From: Gemmatimonadales bacterium
GTDB taxonomy: Bacteria > Gemmatimonadota > Gemmatimonadetes > Palauibacterales > Palauibacteraceae
Direction: 5' to 3'
Assembly: GCA_030600085.1 (NCBI GenBank)
Contig: JAUVMT010000001.1
Coordinates: 1-43,627 of the forward strand
Length of the DNA: 43,627 nucleotides
Numbering within the stretch: position 1 is the first letter of the stretch; the number at the start of each line of letters is the position of its first letter. Of the stretch, positions 35,116 through 42,796 are shown in pieces. Both the position numbers and the translations under genes were made by a program. Below the pieces are notes generated by a model. It did no database searches, was not told the origin of the DNA, and saw only the letters and a program-made list of their open reading frames with translations.

Positions 35116-35823
35116 ATGCACGACTCGACGGCCGCCTCGACGGCCGCCCCGCCGGCTGCCACGACAGCCGAGCAGGCATCGACAGAGGCGTTCCCCTCCT
35201 GGCTCGCGCTCCTGATCGCCGTGGTCGCGCTCGGCGGGGGCCTGCAGCTGGTCGCCGGGGAGGGCAAAGACTCGATCACCGCGGGGATGCTGCTGCTGAT
35301 GACCGCCCTCGCCTTCACCGCCGTCGCCCTCGCGCAGGGAGCCTACGGCCCCGACGCGGAGGGTCCGCTCGACCTGAGCGCCAGGCTGGGTCTGGGGCTC
35401 CTCGGCGGGATCCTGGGGGCCGTGGCGGCCCGGCTGATCATCTGGCTGACGGCCGAGATCGGCCTGCTGGATCTGCTTGGCATCCATATCGGCTGGGAGA
35501 ACGCCATCCTGCTCGGACTGGCCCCTCTTCCGGCCCTGTTCTGGGGCATCGGCCTCGGGGTCCTCTACCCCTTCATCCCGGGTTCCACGTTCGCGGCCAA
35601 GGGTGTGTTGGTCGGCACCCTCTCCGCCCTTTATCTGCTTCTGAAGACCCTGCCTCTCGATCTCGGCGCGGGTTGGCTGGGGTGGGCGGTCGGGCCGCTC
35701 ACCTGGGCGCCCGTGCTCCTCTATGGCCTGGTTTGGGGCCTGGCCTGTGCGGCCACGGTATCCTGGGGCTCTCGCGCGGATCAGGCGCCCGTGAGCCGTT
35801 ACCTCGGCCAGTCCCCCGGCTAG
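35116..35823 (+). CDS. Hypothetical integral membrane protein (235 aa)
   Basis: Ala/Thr/Pro-rich N-terminus followed by several hydrophobic helices (WLALLIAVVALGGGL, MLLLMTALAFTAVALA, LGLLGGILGAVAARLIIWL ...). No family was recognised. Confidence 0.6.
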   Translation: MHDSTAASTAAPPAATTAEQASTEAFPSWLALLIAVVALGGGLQLVAGEGKDSITAGMLLLMTALAFTAVALAQGAYGPDAEGPLDLSARLGLGLLGGILGAVAARLIIWLTAEIGLLDLLGIHIGWENAILLGLAPLPALFWGIGLGVLYPFIPGSTFAAKGVLVGTLSALYLLLKTLPLDLGAGWLGWAVGPLTWAPVLLYGLVWGLACAATVSWGSRADQAPVSRYLGQSPG

Positions 35824-35906
35824 CTCCTTGGGCGCGCAGCTCTGCCGCCCCTGTCCGGCCGCTCGCACCCGCGCTCGGCTTGACGCCCGTGGATGATCGC
35901 GATGAG

Positions 35907-36098
35907 ATGACCGGAACGGTCGGCTGGTGGCTGCGTCTCCAACTCGGCCTCGGGCTCGCGGGCGCGCTCGTGTGGCTCGCGGGCGCGGCCGCGGGGAGCG
36001 ACTTCCTCTCCGGGCTCGGCGCCGGTCTGTTGATCGCGGCGCTGGCGCTCCGCCTGGGCCGACGGGTCGCGGGGCGCAACGAGGACGAGGAGTCGTGA
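35907..36098 (+). CDS. Possible small two-helix membrane protein (63 aa)
   Basis: MTGTVGWWLRLQLGLGLAGALVWLAGAAAGSDFLSGLGAGLLIAALALRLGRRV, with GC-rich third positions. Its stop sits in a GTGA junction that is duplicated at the tag start. It is the tail of the spurious 470-aa track ORF 34686..36098. Confidence 0.35.
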   Translation: MTGTVGWWLRLQLGLGLAGALVWLAGAAAGSDFLSGLGAGLLIAALALRLGRRVAGRNEDEES

Positions 36099-36126
36099 GG
36101 TACCACAAGGACGAGGGATCGTGAGG
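36083..36126 (+). repeat. 18-bp direct repeat (16/18 identical) of a stop/start junction: GGACGAGGAGTCGTGAGG / GGACGAGGGATCGTGAGG
   Basis: Copy 1 (36083-36100) contains the TGA of the small ORF. Copy 2 (36109-36126) contains the GTG start of tag. A 9-codon ORF (GTG 36095 to TGA 36124) bridges them. Confidence 0.85.
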
Positions 36127-36684
36127 CGCTGCGCATGGGTGGGCGAAGATCCCCTCATGGCCGCCTACCACGACCGCGAGTGGGGCGTCCCGACTCGCTC
36201 CGACCGCCACCTGTTCGAGCTGTTGACCCTGGAAGGGGCGCAGGCCGGCCTCAGCTGGTTGACGATCCTGAAGAAGCGGGAGAACTACCGCCGAGCGTTC
36301 CGAGGATTCGATCCGGTTCGTGTCGCCCGCCTCGAGGAGCACGACGTCGAGTCGCTCCTTCAGGACACGGGAATCGTCCGGCACAGGGGGAAGATCGAGT
36401 CGACGATCAACAACGCCTGCAAGGTTCTGGAGATTCAGGCGGAGGCCGGCAGCTTCGCCGAGTACGTGTGGAGCTTCGTGGGCGGAACGCCGATCGCGAA
36501 TCGGTGGAAGACGCTGGTGGAGCTGCCGTCGGAGACGCCCGAGTCACGTGAGATGAGCCGCGACATGCGGCGGCGCGGGTTCCGCTTCGTCGGCCCGACG
36601 ACCTGTTACGCCTTCATGCAGGCCGCCGGTCTGGTGAACGACCACGAGCTCTCCTGCTACCGGCATCCGGAGATCGCGGTATGA
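36121..36684 (+). CDS. tag: DNA-3-methyladenine glycosylase I
   Basis: CAWVGEDPLMAAYHDREWGVP, LTLEGAQAGLSWLTIL, FRFVGPTTCYAFMQAAGLVNDH and the terminal Cys/His zinc-site residues. GTG start. Confidence 0.93.
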   Translation: MRRCAWVGEDPLMAAYHDREWGVPTRSDRHLFELLTLEGAQAGLSWLTILKKRENYRRAFRGFDPVRVARLEEHDVESLLQDTGIVRHRGKIESTINNACKVLEIQAEAGSFAEYVWSFVGGTPIANRWKTLVELPSETPESREMSRDMRRRGFRFVGPTTCYAFMQAAGLVNDHELSCYRHPEIAV

Positions 36685-37364
36685 CCGGGCCCGAGCCCCG
36701 GGAAGTCCGCTTCCAGGCGTCGTCGAGCGCCGGGGAGACCTCGGCCATCCTCCTCCTTCCGGGCGCGGCGAAGGCCTTGTTCGTGCTGGGCCACGGCGCT
36801 GGAGCCGGGATGCGCCACCCGTTCATGGAGACGATCGCGGGGCTCATGGCGGCGCGGCATCTCGCCACCTTCCGCTACCAGTTCGCCTACATGGAGCGGG
36901 GTCGTCGACGTCCGGATCCGCAGCCGATCCTCCTCGCCACCGTGCGCTCCGCCGTGGCGGCCGCCGTCGCCGAGGCGCCGGGGCTGCCGACCTTCGCAGG
37001 CGGCAAGTCGATGGGCGGGCGGATGACCTCCCTGGCGGCCGCCGCCTCGTCGCTGGAGAGGGTGCAGGGACTCGTCTTCTTCGGATTCCCGCTGCACCCG
37101 TCCGGCCGGCCCTCCACGGATCGAGCCGTTCACCTGGTGGAGGTGCGCCGGCCCATGCTCTTCCTCCAGGGCACGCGCGATCGCCTGGCCGATCTCAAGT
37201 TGCTTGGCCCGGTGTGCGAGGAGCTCGGCCCCGCGGCCACGCTCCACGTCGTGGATGGGGCAGATCATTCCTTTCAGGTCCTCAAGCGCTCGGGGCGCTC
37301 CACGGATGAGGTCGTCCAGGAGCTCGTCGAGATGACGGAGCGCTGGGCGGCTCCCTACCTGTGA
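36681..37364 (+). CDS. Alpha/beta-fold hydrolase (COG3571 / dienelactone-hydrolase-like)
   Basis: VLGHGAGAG, nucleophile elbow GGKSMGG, LQGTRD and GADHSF. The ATG overlaps the tag stop (ATGA). Confidence 0.8.
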   Translation: MTGPEPREVRFQASSSAGETSAILLLPGAAKALFVLGHGAGAGMRHPFMETIAGLMAARHLATFRYQFAYMERGRRRPDPQPILLATVRSAVAAAVAEAPGLPTFAGGKSMGGRMTSLAAAASSLERVQGLVFFGFPLHPSGRPSTDRAVHLVEVRRPMLFLQGTRDRLADLKLLGPVCEELGPAATLHVVDGADHSFQVLKRSGRSTDEVVQELVEMTERWAAPYL

Positions 37365-37402
37365 GCGAGGGCGCTTGACGGAGGTTTGACGGGACGAGCC
37401 AA

Positions 37403-37420
37403 GGCTCGGCATGCCGAGCC
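37403..37420 (+). promoter_or_regulatory. Perfect 18-bp palindrome GGCTCGGCATGCCGAGCC centred on the recQ ATG
   Basis: Read directly; the reverse complement is identical. The ATG at 37411-37413 lies at the centre. An extra GAGCC arm at 37396-37400 allows an alternative pairing. Confidence 0.6.
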
Positions 37421-38844
37421 CCGATCTCCAGCCCGCCGTGACGGCCCTCCAACGACACTACGGATTCCAGCGCTTCCGCCCGGCGCAGAAGCGAGTCGTG
37501 AGGGCCGTTCTCTCGGGAGGGGACGTGCTGGCCGTTCTCCCGACCGGAAGCGGCAAGTCGATCTGCTTCCAGGTGCCGGCGCTTCTGGATCCGGGCCTCA
37601 CCCTCGTGGTCTCGCCTCTCATCTCGCTCATGCAGGACCAGGTGGCGGCCGCGGTCCGTCGGCAGATACCGGCTGCCGCCCTGACGAGCATTTCCTCGCT
37701 TCCCGAGCGGGATCGGACTGTCCGGGAGCTCAAGGCCGGGCATCTGCGTCTCCTCTACGTGTCACCGGAGAGGCTTCATTCCCGGGGCTTTCGGACGCTG
37801 CTCTCCGGGGTGCGCGTGGCTCGACTCGCCGTGGACGAGGCGCATTGCATCTCTGAGTGGGGCCACGACTTCCGGCCCTCCTACCGACGAATCGCCGGCT
37901 TCCGGCAGCTCGTGGGCGATCCGCCCTGCGTCGCTCTCACCGCGACGGCCACGCCGGAGACGCGCGAAGACATCGCCGAGGCTCTGCGGCTCAAGTCTCC
38001 GCGCCGCGTCCTCGCCGGTGTCAACCGGCCGAACCTTCAGTGGAGCGTGTCCCATGCGTGCGAGTCGCGGCACGCCGCGCGTCTGGCACTGGATGCCGTC
38101 CGGAGCGCATCCGGTCCTTCAATCGTCTACCTGCCCACGCGGGAGCGATCGGTGCGCGTCACCGAGGTCCTCCTCCGGCGCGGGCTCCGCGCGGCACCTT
38201 ACCACGCCGGGCTGCCGGCCGCGACGAGGCACGGGATCCAGGAGCGCTTCCTGAGTGGAGAGCTGCGTGTCGTGTGCGCGACCAGCGCTTTCGGGATGGG
38301 GATCGACCACCCTTCCGTGCGTCTGGTCTGTCACATCGGGCTGCCGAGCTCGCTGGAAGCGTACGTCCAGCAGGCGGGTCGGGCAGGGCGGGACGGAGAG
38401 CGAGCGAGTTGTCTTCTGATCGCGGGCCGGGAGGACGAGGCGGTGCAGCGGAGCCTGATCGGGCAGAGCTGGCCGTCCCCCCGAAGCCTGGTCCGAGCCT
38501 TCGAGGCCCTCCCCTCAGGGCCGGTGACGCTTCGCGTTCTGGCGCGCTCACTTCCCGACATGAGCGAACCCGAGCTGCTGAGCGCCCTTCGGCTGCTCGA
38601 GGAGTTCGGATGCGTGCGACGGCGGCCGGGCAGCCGCGGCGCCCGGAGCTCGGTCGTACGCGGCCCGCCCGGGGTGCGGCGCCTCATCGACTTCCAGGCC
38701 TCGCGGCGAGGTGCTCGGCGGGCGCTCTGGAGGTTGTCCGAGATGCAAGGATACGTGCGATCAGCGAGCTGCCGGCGCGCCTCGATCGCGACCTACTTCG
38801 GTGAGCGTGCGCCCCGCTGCACCGGGTGCGATCGCTGCGGCTGA
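37411..38844 (+). CDS. recQ: RecQ-family ATP-dependent DNA helicase (short form, no HRDC)
   Basis: FRPAQKRVV, LPTGSGKSICFQ, DEAHCISEWGHDFRPSY, ATSAFGMGIDHP and QQAGRAGRDG. Cys-rich motif CRRASIATYFGE...CTGCDRCG at the extreme C-terminus. Confidence 0.9.
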   Translation: MPSPDLQPAVTALQRHYGFQRFRPAQKRVVRAVLSGGDVLAVLPTGSGKSICFQVPALLDPGLTLVVSPLISLMQDQVAAAVRRQIPAAALTSISSLPERDRTVRELKAGHLRLLYVSPERLHSRGFRTLLSGVRVARLAVDEAHCISEWGHDFRPSYRRIAGFRQLVGDPPCVALTATATPETREDIAEALRLKSPRRVLAGVNRPNLQWSVSHACESRHAARLALDAVRSASGPSIVYLPTRERSVRVTEVLLRRGLRAAPYHAGLPAATRHGIQERFLSGELRVVCATSAFGMGIDHPSVRLVCHIGLPSSLEAYVQQAGRAGRDGERASCLLIAGREDEAVQRSLIGQSWPSPRSLVRAFEALPSGPVTLRVLARSLPDMSEPELLSALRLLEEFGCVRRRPGSRGARSSVVRGPPGVRRLIDFQASRRGARRALWRLSEMQGYVRSASCRRASIATYFGERAPRCTGCDRCG

Positions 38845-38857
38845 CCCGCACGGCCCG

Positions 38858-38889
38858 CCCGCCCCAAGGGGTCCGAGCGTTTTTATTTT
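38858..38889 (+). terminator. Possible intrinsic terminator after recQ: GC-rich short hairpin (CCCC-AA-GGGG) followed by TTTTTATTTT
   Basis: gcccgccccaaggggtccgagcgtttttatttt. The T-run is striking in this GC-rich DNA, but the stem I can draw is short or imperfect. Confidence 0.3.
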
Positions 38890-39052
38890 CGGGGTTTCGG
38901 CCATACATTGATGAATTCCGTACCGGCTGCCTGCGCTAATCATCACGAGACGGGAGATTCGGCCGGTTCGGATCAGCTTCTACGAGATCGAACATCAGCA
39001 CGCCCGCGGGCGCCGGCCGAGGTCGGCGACGCGCGGGTCGGGAGGAACATAG

Positions 39053-40276
39053 ATGTCCGGCGATCTGAGCCTTTACCTCGAGGACCATCACGTCATGATG
39101 CGTGAGATGGTCCGCGAGTTCGCCGAGGCGGAGATCGCTCCGGTGGCGGAGTATCACGACGAGCACGAAGAGTTTCCGTGGGAGAACGCCGCAAAGATGG
39201 CGGAGCTCGGGCTGTTCGGAATCCCCTTCGAGGACAGGTACGGTGGGGCAGATATGGATCTGCTCGCCAGCGTCATCGCGAGCGAGGAGCTGGCCAGGAT
39301 CGACGCCAGCCACTCGATCACGGTCGGTGCGCACATCTCGTTGGCCTGCACGCCGATCCACCGCTGGGGGACCGAAGAGCAGAAGCGGAAGTACCTGACG
39401 CCGATGGCCAGCGGTCAGGTCCTGGGCGGCTTCGGGCTCACGGAGCCGAACGCGGGATCCGATGCCGGCGGAACCGAGACGACGGCCGTCCGAAAGGGCG
39501 ATCACTACGTCCTCAACGGGCAGAAGACCTGGATTACGCACGCCGGGGTCGGCGAGATCTTCGTCGTCGCGGCCTCGACGTCCCCCGACAAGGGCAGCTA
39601 CGGGATCAGCGCCTTCATCCTCTCCAAAGAGACGTGCGATCTGGAGGTGGCGACCAAACTCGGCTTCGGCCACAGCGACGATCTCGAGCCGATGGCCGGC
39701 TTCACCTCCGGACAAAAATTGCGAAAGCTGGGGTGGAACGCCTCGGACACTCGCGAGCTGATCCTCGAGGACGTGGAGGTTCCGGTCGAGAACCTGATCG
39801 GCGAGGAGGACAAGGGTTTCCCGGTCTTCCTGGACACGCTGGACGGGGGGCGCGTGGGCATCGCCGCCCACGCCCTCGGGATCGCCCAGGGAGCCTTCGA
39901 GCTTGCCGCGAAGTATACGGGCGAGCGGCGGCAGTTCGGAAAGCGCATCAACGAATTCCAGGGTGTGCAGTTCATGCTGGCCGAGATGGCCACGCGGATT
40001 CATGCGGCACGCCTGATGACCTATCACGCTGCCCGCCTCCGTATGGAGGGCAAACCGCACAAGAAAGAGGCTTCCATGGCCAAGCTTTTCGCCTCCGAGG
40101 CGGCCATGGACGTCACGACGAAGGCGGTGCAGCTCCACGGCGGGTACGGTTATTCACGCGAATACGCGGTCGAGCGGATGATGAGAGACGCAAAGATCAC
40201 CGAGATCGGAGAAGGGACCAGCGAGATCCAGAAGATCGTGATCTCGCGAGAGCTCCTGAAAGACTTCCAGAGCTAG
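39053..40276 (+). CDS. Acyl-CoA dehydrogenase (short/branched-chain type)
   Basis: GFGLTEPNAGSDAGG, YVLNGQKTWITHAG, RRQFGKRINEFQGVQFMLAEM, QLHGGYGYSREYAVERMMRDAKITEIGEGTSEIQ. A strong SD (GGGAGGA) precedes the ATG. Confidence 0.93.
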   Translation: MSGDLSLYLEDHHVMMREMVREFAEAEIAPVAEYHDEHEEFPWENAAKMAELGLFGIPFEDRYGGADMDLLASVIASEELARIDASHSITVGAHISLACTPIHRWGTEEQKRKYLTPMASGQVLGGFGLTEPNAGSDAGGTETTAVRKGDHYVLNGQKTWITHAGVGEIFVVAASTSPDKGSYGISAFILSKETCDLEVATKLGFGHSDDLEPMAGFTSGQKLRKLGWNASDTRELILEDVEVPVENLIGEEDKGFPVFLDTLDGGRVGIAAHALGIAQGAFELAAKYTGERRQFGKRINEFQGVQFMLAEMATRIHAARLMTYHAARLRMEGKPHKKEASMAKLFASEAAMDVTTKAVQLHGGYGYSREYAVERMMRDAKITEIGEGTSEIQKIVISRELLKDFQS

Positions 40277-40288
40277 CGCGCCGATAAC

Positions 40289-41815
40289 ATGCGGCGCGAG
40301 ATCGTCATCAACGCGGCCGGTCAAGAGACGCGGGTCGCGATCCTCGAAGAAGGCCTTCTGGTCGAGCTCATGCACGAGCGTGCAGACGCTCAGCGCATGG
40401 TCGGCGACATCTATCTCGGCCGCGTCGAAGCCGTGCTTCCCGGCATTCAGGCTGCCTTCGTAGACATCGGCACGGAGAAATCGGGCTTCCTCCACGCCTC
40501 GGACGCGGCGGAGCGCGAGGACGACGAGGACGAGGAGAAGAAGAACGGCGGCGGCAAGCGAGGCGGCCGATATCCCCCTATCCAGGACCTCATCTCGCGG
40601 GGCCAGGAAGTGCTCGTCCAGATCACGAAGGAGCCGATCAGCACCAAGGGTCCTCGCGTCACCTCTCAGATCTCCCTCCCGGGTCGCTTCCTCGTCTACA
40701 TGCCCGCGAGCGACCATGTCGGCGTCAGCCGAAAGATCGACGACCGTGACGAGCGCTCCCGGCTACGGAAGATGGCCCGCGACCTGCTGGCCAAGAAGCC
40801 GGGGGGCGTCATCGTGCGGACCGTGGGCGAGGAGCTCACGAAGAAGGTGTTCAAGCGCGAGCTCTCAACGCTGATCGCCACCTGGGAGAAGGTGCAGGAG
40901 GTGGTGAAGGAGGCGCAGGCGCCCGCACTCATCCATGAGGAAGCGAAGCTCACGAGCGGGATCATCCGGGACCTGTTCAGCGACAGGATCGACTCGCTGA
41001 CCGTCGATTCGCGCGACCTGGCGCGCGAGGTCAAGTCCTACCTCGACGAGGTCAGCCCCGAGCTCGTCGACAGGGTCAAGCTTTACAGCGGTGCGACCCC
41101 GGTCTTCGATGAGAATGAGATCGAGGAGCAAATCCACCGCGCCTATCGCCGTAAGGTGGACTTGGCCTCCGGTGGGCATGTCGTCATCGAGGCCACCGAG
41201 GCGCTCGTGGCGATCGACGTGAATACCGGTCGCTACACCGGCAAGAAGGACCCCGAGCAGACGATCCTCCGGACCAACCTCGATGCGGCGGCAGAGGTCT
41301 CGCGCCAGCTCCGGCTCCGGGACATCGGCGGAATCATCGTCGTCGACTTTATCGACATGGATGACCCGGAATTTCGGGAGCGCGTGTATCAGTCGATGAA
41401 ATCGCACCTTGGCCGGGATCGGGCTCGCACCAAGGTGTTCGGGATCTCGGACCTCGGGCTGCTGGAGATGAGCCGCCAGCGGGTAAGGCCGAGCCTGTTT
41501 CACATCATGTCCGAGCCCTGTTCCTACTGCGAGGGAACGGGCCGCGTGTTCTCGCCCGAGACGGTTCTGCGGCGCGTGGAGCGGGCGATCCGGCGGGCGG
41601 CGTCGGCCGGGGAGAACCGGAAGCTGACGGTGCGAATCCACCCGGACGTGGCTCTCTTCCTGTTGGAGAAGGAGCCGGAGTTCATCAAGATCATGAAGCG
41701 GGAGTGCCGGATCGACCTGGATTTCCGGGACGACCCGCTGATCAACGCGTCGGAGTATCAGCTGCTGGCCGCGCCCTCGGATCAAGATGTGACGAGCCGG
41801 TACGCGGTGGCGTAG
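40289..41815 (+). CDS. rng: Ribonuclease E/G family protein (RNase G-like, catalytic domain only)
   Basis: S1 domain GDIYLGRVEAVLPGIQAAFVDIG. DNase-I-like/5'-sensor region VIEATEALVAIDVNTG. Zn-link CSYCEGTGRV. Confidence 0.92.
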   Translation: MRREIVINAAGQETRVAILEEGLLVELMHERADAQRMVGDIYLGRVEAVLPGIQAAFVDIGTEKSGFLHASDAAEREDDEDEEKKNGGGKRGGRYPPIQDLISRGQEVLVQITKEPISTKGPRVTSQISLPGRFLVYMPASDHVGVSRKIDDRDERSRLRKMARDLLAKKPGGVIVRTVGEELTKKVFKRELSTLIATWEKVQEVVKEAQAPALIHEEAKLTSGIIRDLFSDRIDSLTVDSRDLAREVKSYLDEVSPELVDRVKLYSGATPVFDENEIEEQIHRAYRRKVDLASGGHVVIEATEALVAIDVNTGRYTGKKDPEQTILRTNLDAAAEVSRQLRLRDIGGIIVVDFIDMDDPEFRERVYQSMKSHLGRDRARTKVFGISDLGLLEMSRQRVRPSLFHIMSEPCSYCEGTGRVFSPETVLRRVERAIRRAASAGENRKLTVRIHPDVALFLLEKEPEFIKIMKRECRIDLDFRDDPLINASEYQLLAAPSDQDVTSRYAVA

Positions 41816-41856
41816 CGGCCGCTGCCGGTCCCATTTGGCGGTGAGCCGGCGGCGCG

Positions 41857-42687
41857 CTACAAACCCGCGCGGTCCCACTTCTCGATCACGTCGCGCGAAA
41901 TCTCCGACATACGGGTGACCACGCGCGCGAAGTACCGCTCGGCCTTCTCCAGATCGAAGTCGGGCAACCCCTCGCCTGGGGCGTAGAGTCCGATCGAGGA
42001 AGGGAAGGGCCACGCCTGCCAGCCCGTCGCGAACGCCGTCGCCTGGCTCGGGCCTTCGTAGCGATCCTCGTGTACGAGGTCCGGCCGGAGCGCGAGGATA
42101 GCGGCCGTCTCGTTGTTTCCCGCGTGCCCGCCCTGCGTCCCGTAGACCTCTTCCGTGATGTCGGGCGTGACGCTCCACCAGTTGATGACAAGGATCCGCG
42201 CGTCGGTGTCGCGAAAGACCTCGCGGGCGGCGTCGTTGAGCGGACCGAAGTTGGGTCCATGCCCGTTCAAGACGATGATGTTCCGGAACCCCGAGCGATC
42301 GAGACCCCGCATGACCGCCTCGGCCGTCTCGCGAAGCAGCGACTCGGAAACTCCGAACGTGCCCGGGAACTCATCGAGTCCCGTGTTGACGCCGTAGTTG
42401 ATGGTGGGCGCGACGAGCACATCGAGCTCCGCCGCCATCCGAAGGGCCAAGGAGTCGGGAACAAGGATGTCCGCCCCGTTGGGCACGACGCCATGGGCCT
42501 CGAGCGTCCCGACGGGGAGCAACACCGTGGTCGTGCGTGCCGGCACCCATTCGCGCACCTCCATCCAGTTGAGGTCGGTGAGGTGACGTGTCGCCGGCTG
42601 AGTCTGAGCGGCAAGATCGTTTGCGTGTGCCCCGAGAAGGGAAGGCAAAGAGACCAAGATCGTCAAAGGCGTGCAGAGCTTCATCAT
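41857..42687 (-). CDS. Creatininase-family amidohydrolase with N-terminal signal peptide
   Basis: LPVGTLEAHG, NGHGPN and GGHAGNNETA metal-site motifs. The N-terminus MMKLCTPLTILVSLPSLLGAHA-ND looks like a Sec signal with an AXA site. Confidence 0.85.
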   Translation of the reverse strand: MMKLCTPLTILVSLPSLLGAHANDLAAQTQPATRHLTDLNWMEVREWVPARTTTVLLPVGTLEAHGVVPNGADILVPDSLALRMAAELDVLVAPTINYGVNTGLDEFPGTFGVSESLLRETAEAVMRGLDRSGFRNIIVLNGHGPNFGPLNDAAREVFRDTDARILVINWWSVTPDITEEVYGTQGGHAGNNETAAILALRPDLVHEDRYEGPSQATAFATGWQAWPFPSSIGLYAPGEGLPDFDLEKAERYFARVVTRMSEISRDVIEKWDRAGL

Positions 42688-42796
42688 CTACCTCTCATGT
42701 GCGTGCGCCGAGTGTCGAGGGTTGGTAACGTTGATATGCACACAGTCCGGAACAAGGCCCTGACGAACTCGGGGCCCAACGGACGGCGGTGACCCG

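Noticed and set aside
33949-36384. 811-aa minus-strand ORF, the longest in the track
   Set aside because: Its composition is dominated by Arg/Pro/Gly/Ala. It overlaps five plus-strand genes that have clear family motifs (AtuA partner, crotonase, membrane protein, tag). This is an antisense shadow frame.
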